NCBI RefSeq assembly: GCF_039594315.1
Contig: NZ_JBCNNP010000018.1
Span: 8,389 to 72,388 of the forward strand
Direction of reading: 5' to 3'
DNA: 64,000 bases
Source of the DNA: Pantoea sp.
GTDB lineage: Bacteria; Pseudomonadota; Gammaproteobacteria; Enterobacterales; Enterobacteriaceae
In this document: positions 32,701 through 40,742 of the stretch, in pieces
How the letters are laid out: each line of letters begins with the position of its first letter
Position numbering within the stretch: the stretch's first letter is position 1
Position numbers and translations under genes: made by a program
The notes under the pieces: generated by a model
Seen by the model: the letters and a program-made list of their open reading frames with translations, nothing else
Databases searched by the model: none
Told to the model about the DNA's origin: nothing

Positions 32701-33951
32701 ATGAAATTAAAATCATTGTTAATCGCCAACGCCGTGCTGCTGGGCAGCTTTGCTCTCCAGGCGCACGCGGAAGATGAAGCTCAATTGATCAAGCAGGGTG
32801 AATACCTGTCGCGTCTCGGCGACTGTATGGCATGCCATACCGTTTCTGGCAAAGGGGATTACGCGGGCGGCCTGGCGATTGAGTCGAATCTCGGCACCAT
32901 TTACTCCACCAACATCACGCCGGACAAAGAGCACGGCATCGGCAATTACAGCGAGCAGCAGTTCTCCGACGCGGTGCGCAAAGGCGTACTGCCGGACGGT
33001 TCGCGCCTGTATCCAGCGATGCCGTATCCGGATTACGCCAAGATCAGCGATGCTGATATTCATGCGCTGTACGTTTACTTCATGAAAGGTGTGAAGCCGA
33101 GCAGCGAGCAGCCGCCGAAAACCGATCTCAGCTTCCCGTTCAGCCAGCGCTGGGGCATGCGTTTCTGGAACTGGGCGTTCACCTCTGATAAGCCATTCCA
33201 GCCGATTGGTGGTGCATCGGAAGAGGTAAATCGCGGTGCCTACATCGTCGAAAGCCTTGGCCACTGCGGCAGTTGCCATACACCTCGCGGCCTTGGCATG
33301 AACGAGAAAGCGCTGGATAGCGGCGACGATCAGTTCCTTGCCGGTGGCAGCCTGAATAACTGGGATGTGCCGTCGCTGCGTGGCTTGCCGCGCTGGAGCG
33401 AGCAGGAGATCGTGGATTACCTGCAAACCGGTCGTAACGACAAAGCCGCCGTTGGCGGTGAGATGAAGTCGGTGATTGAGCACTCCAGCTCGCACATGAC
33501 CGATGCTGACCTCAAAGCGATTGCGTCGTATCTGAAGTTCATCGGCGGTAATCCGGCGTTGCAGGCGTATGACGTCACCAAGCAACAGGCAACCGAAGCG
33601 AAACTGACGGCAGCGAAGAATCTGACCGAAGGTGAGCGTCTCTACATCGACAACTGTGGCGCGTGCCACTTTGTCACCGGTAAAGGCGCGCCTGGCATCT
33701 TCCCGGAATTGGATCAGGCGACAATTGTGAATGCCAAAGATCCAAGCGGTTTGATCCACACCATTCTGGCCGGTGCGCAGCAGCCATCAACCGAGAAAGC
33801 GCCGTCAACGTTGGCGATGCCACCGTTTGCTTATCGCTTAACGGATGATGAAGTCGCCAAGCTGGCAACTTTCGTGCGTCAAGGTTGGAGCAACAATGCG
33901 CCAGCGGTGACCAAAGAGCAGGTTGCCGATGTGCGTAAAACGTTGAAGTAA
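32701..33951 (+). CDS. Membrane-bound dehydrogenase cytochrome c subunit (tri-haem)
   Basis: 416-aa ORF with a signal peptide and three CxxCH motifs (CMACH, CGSCH, CGACH). Confidence 0.9.
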   Translation: MKLKSLLIANAVLLGSFALQAHAEDEAQLIKQGEYLSRLGDCMACHTVSGKGDYAGGLAIESNLGTIYSTNITPDKEHGIGNYSEQQFSDAVRKGVLPDGSRLYPAMPYPDYAKISDADIHALYVYFMKGVKPSSEQPPKTDLSFPFSQRWGMRFWNWAFTSDKPFQPIGGASEEVNRGAYIVESLGHCGSCHTPRGLGMNEKALDSGDDQFLAGGSLNNWDVPSLRGLPRWSEQEIVDYLQTGRNDKAAVGGEMKSVIEHSSSHMTDADLKAIASYLKFIGGNPALQAYDVTKQQATEAKLTAAKNLTEGERLYIDNCGACHFVTGKGAPGIFPELDQATIVNAKDPSGLIHTILAGAQQPSTEKAPSTLAMPPFAYRLTDDEVAKLATFVRQGWSNNAPAVTKEQVADVRKTLK

Positions 33952-33956
33952 TGAGA

Positions 33957-33997
33957 TAAAAAACCAGGTTGCCATTCAAGGCGACCTGGTTTTTTTT
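33957..33997. terminator. Bidirectional rho-independent terminator
   Basis: AAAAAACCAGGTTGCCATTCAAGGCGACCTGGTTTTTTTT sits between the convergent cytochrome c and MarC-family genes. Its core is a variant of the 20-nt hairpin family. Confidence 0.85.
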
Positions 33998-34004
33998 CGA
34001 AAAC

Positions 34005-34682
34005 TTAATGAAAGGTATGAATCACTTCTAACACGCCGTTAATCACAAACTGCACGCCCATACACACCAGCAAAAAGCCCATCAAACGCGAAATCGCTTC
34101 AATCCCGCCTTTGCCGACCAATTTCATGATGGCGCCGGAACTGCGCAGCGAAATCCACAAAATCACCGCCACGGCTAAAAACGTCAGCGTTGGCGCGACT
34201 GCCACCACCCAATTGGGGAAATCGACACCAGCTTTCACCGTCGAGGCCGAACTGATGATCATCGCGATGGTGCCGGGACCTGCGGTGCTTGGCATCGCCA
34301 GCGGCACAAAGGCGATATTCACGCTTTCACGCGGGCTTTCGCTGGCATCCATTTCGTCCTGCTTATGCTCAGCCTCAACCGAATGCCCGATGGGTTTAGC
34401 GGGAAACAGCATGCGGAAACCGATGAATGCCACAATCAATCCGCCCGCCATGCGCAGGCCGGGAATTGAAATGCCGAAGGTGTGCAGCACCGCGTTGCCG
34501 GCGTACCACGCCACCATCATGATCAGGAACACGTAGATCGAGGCCTGCATTGCCTGGCGATTACGTTCCTGGAAATTCATATCACCCGCGAGGCCGAGAA
34601 ACAGCGCCACGGTGGTAAGCGGATTGGCGAGCGGCAGAATCACCACCAATCCCAGCCCGATGGCTTTAAACAGCTCTAACAT
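34005..34682 (-). CDS. MarC family inner-membrane protein
   Basis: From [31 protein letters not shown].., a typical MarC/UPF0056 N-terminus, with about 6 TM segments. The ORF-track start at 34721 is probably too far upstream. Confidence 0.8.
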   Translation of the reverse strand: MLELFKAIGLGLVVILPLANPLTTVALFLGLAGDMNFQERNRQAMQASIYVFLIMMVAWYAGNAVLHTFGISIPGLRMAGGLIVAFIGFRMLFPAKPIGHSVEAEHKQDEMDASESPRESVNIAFVPLAMPSTAGPGTIAMIISSASTVKAGVDFPNWVVAVAPTLTFLAVAVILWISLRSSGAIMKLVGKGGIEAISRLMGFLLVCMGVQFVINGVLEVIHTFH

Positions 34683-34726
34683 GCAAACATCCCCAGATGA
34701 AAAACGAGTAGATAATCGCACGATGC

Positions 34727-34799
34727 GTAGCGGCGCAATTTATTGCGCAATGCCTGGATGGGCAACAAGTCAAAACAACGCGATAAATCGCGCCGCTAC
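34727..34799. repeat. ~75-bp palindromic intergenic element (family B, copy 2)
   Basis: GTAGCGGCGCAATTTATTGCGCAATGCCTGGATGGGCAA...GCGATAAATCGCGCCGCTAC. See copy 1 at 24978-25054. Confidence 0.85.
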
Positions 34800-34817
34800 G
34801 GTCAATGCGCGCTTTGA

Positions 34818-35453
34818 CTAATGCTTCGGCGTTTCCAGCGCTTCCAGCAGCTCGGGGAAGAAATCTTCCAGCAGCTCTGGCGTCATCAGTTCGGGGAAAT
34901 TGATTAAATGCTCGCGAATACGCTCATTCACATCCGGCAGCAGGCGCTGTGCCGCATCGGCGGCGCTGATTTTCTTCTGCTTCATTAAGCGCAACACATC
35001 GTCCGGCAGATTGTCTTCGTCTTCGACTTCATCCACACCTTCCAGATCGTCGAGTTCGTCCAGCAGATCCATCAACGCTTCAATTTGTGGTGTGCGAGAT
35101 TGGTATTCAGAAGGACTTTCGTTTTCCAGATAACGCAGCAGCGCGCGCACCGGCGAACCGTCCGGCTCGGCAGGCGGTTCGTTGGCAAACCAGGTCAGGA
35201 GATCGTGCTGCGTCACCTGATGGACGTGATAACCGTTATCCACTAATTCATCGGCGAGGATATCGGCGGTATCGTGCTCAATCAGGCAAATGTGGGTGCG
35301 ATTAGGCGTGAACTGCTCCAGCCACTGATAAATCTCTTCAATTACGCTGTCATCGTAAATGAAGGTTTGGCTGAGATAGCTATCATCTTGCTGGTGAACG
35401 CAGATGTGAATCTGGTCGGGATCGAAGTAAATCGCAATGTTGATGCCTTTCAT
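34818..35453 (-). CDS. Hypothetical acidic protein; N-terminal half resembles an IS110-type RuvC-like (DEDD) domain
   Basis: 211-aa ORF. By-eye alignment to IS110 transposase N-termini: NIAIYFDPDQIHICV ~ IGIDxxKxxLDV; THICLIEHDTADILADELVDNGYHVHQV ~ xHxxxEATGxYxxxLAxxLxxxGxxVxVxNP. The C-terminal half is a D/E-rich helical tail. No Transposase_20-like domain is present. Confidence 0.5.
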   Translation of the reverse strand: MKGINIAIYFDPDQIHICVHQQDDSYLSQTFIYDDSVIEEIYQWLEQFTPNRTHICLIEHDTADILADELVDNGYHVHQVTQHDLLTWFANEPPAEPDGSPVRALLRYLENESPSEYQSRTPQIEALMDLLDELDDLEGVDEVEDEDNLPDDVLRLMKQKKISAADAAQRLLPDVNERIREHLINFPELMTPELLEDFFPELLEALETPKH

Positions 35454-35548
35454 GTGCGCTGTCCTGTGTGGTGCAAAATCTCACTATAGCCTCAGGCAGC
35501 GCAGATGAACATGGTGCCGCCAGCAGCATCGGCTACTGGCGGTAAAAA

Positions 35549-36028
35549 TTAACGCAAATCAGCACGATCCAGACCGTAAGCGCTGTCCAACGCGCCCGGA
35601 TTCATCTGCGACAGCACCATCAGGCGGTTCCACGTATTAATCACGGCGATGCAGAACGTCAGTTCGCTGGTCTCGACCTCGGAAAAGTGCTCACGTACCT
35701 CGTTGTACAACACGTCATCAATGCCGTGATCGCCCAGACGCGTCAGGGCTTCGGTCAACGCCAGCGCCGCTTTCTCTTTGGCGGTAAACAGTGGCGATTC
35801 GCGCCAGATCGCCACGTGATGTAAACGTAGCTCGCGCTCGCCGTGAATTTTGGCCTCTTTGACGTGCATATCCACGCAGAACGCGCACTGGTTCAGCTGT
35901 GAAGCACGCAGATCCACCAGATGTTTGATGGTGGCATCGAGTGAACATTTCCCCAGCGCCGCCGTGGCGTCGCCCAGGGTTTTTACCAGCGCCGGAATGT
36001 TTTTAAAATGGTTAACACGTGCGGTCAT
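35549..36028 (-). CDS. Carboxymuconolactone decarboxylase / AhpD-like family protein
   Basis: 159-aa ORF with the AhpD-like CxxC motif (NQCAFCVDMH). Confidence 0.85.
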   Translation of the reverse strand: MTARVNHFKNIPALVKTLGDATAALGKCSLDATIKHLVDLRASQLNQCAFCVDMHVKEAKIHGERELRLHHVAIWRESPLFTAKEKAALALTEALTRLGDHGIDDVLYNEVREHFSEVETSELTFCIAVINTWNRLMVLSQMNPGALDSAYGLDRADLR

Positions 36029-36042
36029 GATGTTGTCCTCAT

Positions 36043-36648
36043 TCAGAATAATTGGTCGATGATTTGTAAAGCGTTTGGGAGAGCAGTGGCGCGGCTGATG
36101 GGATCGTGTGTGCCATCAACGCGGATAAATTCCACATCGGTGATGCCGATGTATTCCAGCGCCACGCGGATGTACGGCGTAAATTGGTCATCCTGTACAA
36201 ATGGGCCGTGAGCAAATACGCTGCCGCTGGCGACCACGCTATAAACTTTTTTGCCGTTCACCAGGCCGACTTTGCAGCCATCCGGCGTGAAGGCGAAGGT
36301 GCGTCCGGCGCGGGTGATATGGTCGAACCAGGCTTTCAACACCGAAGGCAAACCGAGGTTCCACATCGGCGATGAGATAACCAGCGTGTCGCAGGCAAAC
36401 AGCTGATCCACCAGTTGTTCTGAGGTCTGAATGGCGGCACGTTGCGCATCAGTGCGCTCCTCTGGACGGGTGAAGAACGCGCCAATGGTGAAGGCATCAA
36501 GGTGTGGCAGCGGATGTTGCGCCAAATCCAGCACCGTCTCCTCGAGATCGGCATGCTGAGCACGCAGTTTTTCCACCAAACGCGCTGATGCGATGCGTGA
36601 CGCCGAACCGGCTAAATCGGGGCTGACTTGGATGTGCAGCAGTTTCAT
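36043..36648 (-). CDS. FMN-dependent NADH-azoreductase-like flavoprotein (Flavodoxin_2 family)
   Basis: From MKLLHIQVSPDLAGSASR.. with SSPMWNLGLPSVLKAWFDHI, characteristic of AzoR/ACP phosphodiesterase-type proteins. I take the start at the ATG at 36648. Confidence 0.8.
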   Translation of the reverse strand: MKLLHIQVSPDLAGSASRIASARLVEKLRAQHADLEETVLDLAQHPLPHLDAFTIGAFFTRPEERTDAQRAAIQTSEQLVDQLFACDTLVISSPMWNLGLPSVLKAWFDHITRAGRTFAFTPDGCKVGLVNGKKVYSVVASGSVFAHGPFVQDDQFTPYIRVALEYIGITDVEFIRVDGTHDPISRATALPNALQIIDQLF

Positions 36649-36750
36649 TACTCTCTTCCTCAAACCGCATTGAATCGTGAATGCGTGCATCTTAAACTTC
36701 TATGTCTGAGTGAAAAGGGCCAAAAACCGTGAAAAGAGATAGGACATAGC

Positions 36751-38127
36751 GTGGGCTACAAAGAGATTTATGCGCTGTATCGTGAGCACATTGTTGCAGG
36801 CCGCTTGAAGCCGGGCGATCGCGTGCCCGCGATTCGTGCGTTGGCGAGTGAGTTGCAGGTGGCGCGCAAAACGGTGGAAACGGCGTATGAAATCCTGATC
36901 GGTGAAGGGTATTTCGTCAGCCAGGGTGCGAAGGGCACGCGGGTGAATCCCGATTTGGTATTGGCGTCGGCCGCTGAACCCGAAACTGCGACAGCGCCAC
37001 CTACCAGCGATCACAGCTTGCGTGAAACCAAAGGTGAATTGCGGCTGGGGATTCCTGCGCTGGATGCGTTCCCGCATAAAAAATGGCTGCTGATCTCGGC
37101 AAAAGCAGCGCGCACTTTGCGGCCCGATGAGATGGTATTGCCGCCGATCATGGGGCATCAACCGCTGCGCGAGGCCATCGCCAGCTATCTCAATATTTCG
37201 CGAGGGCTGAACTGCCAGCCGGAACAGATCTTTATCACCAGCGGCTATCGCGCCAATCTGCGGCTGATTCTGGCTGTGCTGGCGCAGCCCAGCGACAAGG
37301 TGATGTTTGAAGATCCCGGTTATTTCTTCGGACAAAAACTGCTGAAGCGCATCGCACCCAATCTGCATTATGTGCCGGTCGATCGTCAGGGAATGGATGT
37401 TGATTACCTGCTGCGCTATCACCCTGATGCACGCTTTGCGGTGGTTACGCCAACCCATCACAGCCCGCTGGCGGTGACCTTATCGCTGCCGCGCAAACAT
37501 CAACTGCTGGAGTGGGCGCAGCAAAATAACAGCTGGATTATCGAAGATGATTACGACGGCGAGTTTCACTACACGCGCAAGGTGATTCCGGCGCTGAAAA
37601 GCCTTGATGTGCACGATCGGGTGATTTACACCGGCACCTTCAGCAAAACCATGATGCCAGCGATGCGCGTGGGCTATTTGGTGATGCCAAAAGAGACCAT
37701 TGCGCGCTTTAGCGAACTCGGCGAGATCCTTGAAACCGGCATGTCGCTGTTGCCACAAAAAATTCTGGCGCAGTTCCTCAGCGAAGGGCACTTCTATCGT
37801 CACATCAAAAAGATGCGCATACTTTATCAGCAACGCCGCCGCATGATGCTTGAAGCATTACAAGTGTGCTTCCCGGACGTATTCGAATTTGAGCTTACCG
37901 ATGGCGGCATGCATATCGTGGCTTTTTTGCAGCGTGGCACGCAGGACAAAGAGTTGGCGGAGATTTGGCAGCGACATCAGTTACGGGTATTGCCACTTTC
38001 CGGCTGGTATATGCAGACGCAAAAACGTTATGGCTTAGTGATTGGCTACACCAATATTCGCTCGGTGGAGCAAGCCAGTGCGCTTCTTCAGCGCGCGGAG
38101 GCAGAGACGCGGGCATTGCTGCTTTAA
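36751..38127 (+). CDS. MocR/PdxR-type GntR-family regulator with PLP aminotransferase-like domain
   Basis: 458-aa ORF with a GTG start, an N-terminal wHTH (IRALASELQVARKTVETAYEILIGEGY) and a fold-type I aminotransferase-like domain (YTGTFSKTMMPAMRVGY). Divergent from the azoR-like/AhpD-like pair. Confidence 0.88.
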   Translation: MGYKEIYALYREHIVAGRLKPGDRVPAIRALASELQVARKTVETAYEILIGEGYFVSQGAKGTRVNPDLVLASAAEPETATAPPTSDHSLRETKGELRLGIPALDAFPHKKWLLISAKAARTLRPDEMVLPPIMGHQPLREAIASYLNISRGLNCQPEQIFITSGYRANLRLILAVLAQPSDKVMFEDPGYFFGQKLLKRIAPNLHYVPVDRQGMDVDYLLRYHPDARFAVVTPTHHSPLAVTLSLPRKHQLLEWAQQNNSWIIEDDYDGEFHYTRKVIPALKSLDVHDRVIYTGTFSKTMMPAMRVGYLVMPKETIARFSELGEILETGMSLLPQKILAQFLSEGHFYRHIKKMRILYQQRRRMMLEALQVCFPDVFEFELTDGGMHIVAFLQRGTQDKELAEIWQRHQLRVLPLSGWYMQTQKRYGLVIGYTNIRSVEQASALLQRAEAETRALLL

Positions 38128-38134
38128 AAAAGAA

Positions 38135-38160
38135 AAGGCGCGAGGGACAGCTCGCGCCTT
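38135..38160. terminator. Hairpin between the convergent MocR-type regulator and DUF2501 genes
   Basis: AAGGCGCGAGGGACAGCTCGCGCCTT. The T-run is on the minus-strand side, so it probably terminates the 38176-38691 gene. Confidence 0.6.
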
Positions 38161-38175
38161 GATACCGGCGCGTCC

Positions 38176-38691
38176 TTACATGCCGATATATTTTTTGCCT
38201 TGCTTCAGCACCACATCACAGGCTTTGGTTTTCAGCTTCTCACCCATTGGCGAGCTGCTCAGGCTTTGCAGATTCAGCTGCTGGCCGTTGCCGGTATTCA
38301 GCAAACCGGCCAAACCTTGCTGATAATCGGTTTTCTGCGCTTGCGCGGTTGGACTGCTTAGACCGAGCTTGCTCAACACCTGGTCTTTCACCGAACTCAC
38401 GTTATTATCCACCTCGTTGTGCTGCACGCAGTAGGACATCACGCCTGCGGCGTTGGTCATGCTATTCGAGCTCACCGCTTTATCGCCGCCATTCAGCAAG
38501 CCCGTCAGTGAGGAGAGTGACAATCCGCTGTTTGGTGCTGTATTGGTGCCGGTGTTGCTGGTGCTATTGTTCTGCTGAGACAGCTGGGATGCCGCGCTGC
38601 TCAGCTGATCCTGCCAGCTTGCCGCTGATGCACTTCCCGCTACCATGATTGCCGCGATGCCCAATCCCCAAATCTTGCCTTGTAATTTCAT
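38176..38691 (-). CDS. Secreted DUF2501 protein (YjjA-like)
   Basis: 171-aa ORF with a signal peptide (..VAGSASAASW), a Ser/Asn/Gln-rich linker and a conserved Cys pair. The family call is from memory. Confidence 0.6.
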   Translation of the reverse strand: MKLQGKIWGLGIAAIMVAGSASAASWQDQLSSAASQLSQQNNSTSNTGTNTAPNSGLSLSSLTGLLNGGDKAVSSNSMTNAAGVMSYCVQHNEVDNNVSSVKDQVLSKLGLSSPTAQAQKTDYQQGLAGLLNTGNGQQLNLQSLSSSPMGEKLKTKACDVVLKQGKKYIGM

Positions 38692-38907
38692 CTCAACCTC
38701 GTTGTCTTTTATGTTCTGACTGCGTCAGTTTTGGTTAAGAGAGGTTTGAATTAGGAAAGTTCCAGATAAATGGCGGGTTTAGGGAAGATTGGGACTGTTC
38801 TGGGTTTTGTGGCGGGCTTAAAAATAGCCATATTGACGAATTAACAAGCATTTGCGCGCAAAGTGGCGTTTTTTTCAACGCTTAGCACATATCCATCACG
38901 ATTCCTG

Positions 38908-38935
38908 TTGCGCACTCGGCTCGTAACGGTATAAT
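38908..38935 (+). promoter_or_regulatory. Candidate sigma70 promoter of leuX
   Basis: TTGCGC, 16-nt spacer, TATAAT. The -10 element ends 28 nt upstream of the tRNA 5' end. Confidence 0.5.
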
Positions 38936-38963
38936 CCCCAACGTTTTCCGCATCCTCTTCAGT

Positions 38964-39048
38964 GCCGAAGTGGCGAAATCGGTAGACGCAGTTGATTCAA
39001 AATCAACCGTAGAGATACGTGCCGGTTCGAGTCCGGCCTTCGGCACCA
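38964..39048 (+). tRNA. leuX: tRNA-Leu (anticodon CAA)
   Basis: GCCGAAGTGGCGAAATCGGTAGACGCAGTTGATTCAAAATCAACCGTAGAGATACGTGCCGGTTCGAGTCCGGCCTTCGGCACCA. Type II tRNA with a long variable arm and a CAA anticodon loop. Essentially the E. coli leuX sequence as I recall it, with encoded CCA. Confidence 0.97.
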
Positions 39049-39340
39049 TCGATTGATGCAAAAAATCAAGTCGCTTACGAGCGGCTTTTTTTTTGCCTAA
39101 ATTTCGTCACTAACCTTCACCTCAAACTAACCTGTTTGAGAAATCTTCGCTGATTACTCCTCATGTCACTTTTTAAAGCTACGTGAAGCACATGTTCACT
39201 AGAAATGCAGGTCAAACATTTCATTAAATAAAATGTGATGCAGAGTGCAAACCTCAGATCAAAACCATAAATTAACTGTGTGTTATTTGTTTTTGTGTAT
39301 ACCTTTGTCGTAAGGGATGAAAAACATAAGGACGAGTAAA

Positions 39341-39826
39341 ATGCCAATTCCAGCAAATCTCTGGCTTAAAGATGACGGTGGTGCCGATATTCGTGGCTCC
39401 GTTGATGTGCAAAATCGCGAAGGTAGTATCGAAGTCACCGGTTTTTCTCATAATGTAAGGCTGCCAACCGATCCACAAACCGGTAAGCCGACTGGCACAC
39501 GTAAGCATGCGCCGATAATTATTCAAAAAGAGTTTGATGCATCTTCTCCTTATCTTTATAAGGCTGTTTCTACTGGGCAAAATTTAACTTCAGCAGAATT
39601 CAAGTGGTATCATATTAATGATGCTGGACAGGAAGTAGAATATTTCAATATTTTAATAGAAAGCGTGAAAATCATTGGTGTTTCACCAGTAATGCACGAT
39701 ACCAAAGATCCTGAAAAAGAGAAGCACAACCATCTGGAATGCGTTGAACTCGCCTACGAAAAAATAACGTGGAAATATTGTGACGGCAATATTATGTTCT
39801 CTGATAGTTGGAATGAGAGACCATAA
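39341..39826 (+). CDS. hcp: Type VI secretion tube protein Hcp (TssD), orphan copy
   Basis: MPIPANLWLKDDGGADIRGSVDVQNREGSIEV..SSPYLYKAVSTGQNL.SAEFKWYHINDAGQEVEYFN..HNHLE.VEL.YEKITWKY.DGNI..SDSWNE is the classic enterobacterial Hcp sequence pattern. The ATG at 39341 has an AAGGA SD. Confidence 0.93.
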   Translation: MPIPANLWLKDDGGADIRGSVDVQNREGSIEVTGFSHNVRLPTDPQTGKPTGTRKHAPIIIQKEFDASSPYLYKAVSTGQNLTSAEFKWYHINDAGQEVEYFNILIESVKIIGVSPVMHDTKDPEKEKHNHLECVELAYEKITWKYCDGNIMFSDSWNERP

Positions 39827-39829
39827 TTC

Positions 39830-40246
39830 ATGCGTTATCCTACTATGGCTGCATCTCCGCAGCCTCCATTTGATATTATCTCTTTCACTCCTCCTGGTGT
39901 TTCAATCGTCAATAATATGATGTTGGCTCGTTTGCACAAAGGACCGTCTGCCATGACATATGCATGGTTTTACAGTCAGGTAAAAGGCCATGGTCCCTGG
40001 GATTATAAAAATCAAAATGGCAGGCAGTATGCTAATTTTGGTAATTTTAATTATGGCGCTGTTGGACATGCGGCTGGTATAACCGAGTCAGTGCTATTGA
40101 GGGCTGCTGGGTGGGCGCAAAGTCGCGCTGGAACAAGCAATATTGAGTTTGGAAGTTGGTATGGTTTCAGCCCTTATGGTGACGATCCTGAAGACCAATA
40201 TTGGATAAGGGCAGGGATTGATTATGCTAAGCGCGCTGGATTTTAA
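39830..40246 (+). CDS. Small standalone polymorphic-toxin-like protein (Ntox44-like); candidate Hcp-dependent T6SS effector
   Basis: 138-aa ORF starting 3 nt after the hcp stop. Motif string GPWDYK(55-60) .. FGNFNYGAVG(70-79) .. LLRAAGWAQ(89-97) .. PYGDDPEDQ(115-123) matches my memory of 'polymorphic toxin type 44' C-terminal domains. No signal peptide. Confidence 0.6.
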   Translation: MRYPTMAASPQPPFDIISFTPPGVSIVNNMMLARLHKGPSAMTYAWFYSQVKGHGPWDYKNQNGRQYANFGNFNYGAVGHAAGITESVLLRAAGWAQSRAGTSNIEFGSWYGFSPYGDDPEDQYWIRAGIDYAKRAGF

Positions 40247-40652
40247 AAGAGTTTATTTTTTTGGTATCGTTTTATTCGGATTGATCGCGTATGGTATTTA
40301 TCTATTATTGAAAGTATCTCCACTCGAGCAGACAATAGTCTATAAGGAGAAAGTGAATAATCTGGCTAATCTATATGTTACAGAAGCCAATGCTGGTGCG
40401 ACAACGGGTTTTTCGTACAGATTTTATTTATACGATGGAAGTAAAAGTGATGAGGACTTTAAACGAAGCTTGATGGATACGGCTTCGCCATTTCTCATTA
40501 CTTCTGATAGTAAAGCATTAGATAAAATAAAAAACGGAGTGATTTATTTAAATATTAAAGGGCGTATTTATTCATTTAATAACAACCCTGCATATAGATA
40601 CAATGATTCTATTTATAAAATACCTGCCGTTATTACTGCCGCACCATACTGA
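40224..40652 (+). CDS. Candidate cognate immunity protein, N-terminally membrane-anchored
   Basis: The ATG at 40224 lies inside the toxin gene 3' end, a 23-nt overlap (or the TTG at 40218). It has a K/R-flanked TM helix (VYFFGIVLFGLIAYGIYLLL) followed by a domain of about 110 aa. No family assignment. Confidence 0.55.
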   Translation: MLSALDFKRVYFFGIVLFGLIAYGIYLLLKVSPLEQTIVYKEKVNNLANLYVTEANAGATTGFSYRFYLYDGSKSDEDFKRSLMDTASPFLITSDSKALDKIKNGVIYLNIKGRIYSFNNNPAYRYNDSIYKIPAVITAAPY

Positions 40653-40742
40653 GGAAGTTTCAAGCTTGTTATTTTTATGGTCTGAAGCGATGTGTCTAGT
40701 GGGTTTTTATAATTCCTTCTTTTAGCTGTTATATATTATTCT

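Noticed and set aside
32719-33759. 346-aa ORF antisense to the cytochrome c subunit gene; also 30353-31000, 31035-31694 and 32148-32729 antisense to the dehydrogenase genes
   Set aside because: The sense frames carry a Tat signal, an FAD fold and three CxxCH motifs. The antisense frames have no features.
36700-37461. 253-aa ORF on the minus strand overlapping the 5' half of the MocR-type regulator gene
   Set aside because: The plus-strand frame gives a clean GntR wHTH plus aminotransferase-like protein. The minus-strand product is Arg/Gln-rich with no motif.
39117-39580. Two minus-strand ORFs (79 and 102 aa) at the start of the island
   Set aside because: One lies in the hcp promoter region and the other is antisense to the hcp 5' end. 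Such open frames are expected by chance, and hcp is unambiguous.
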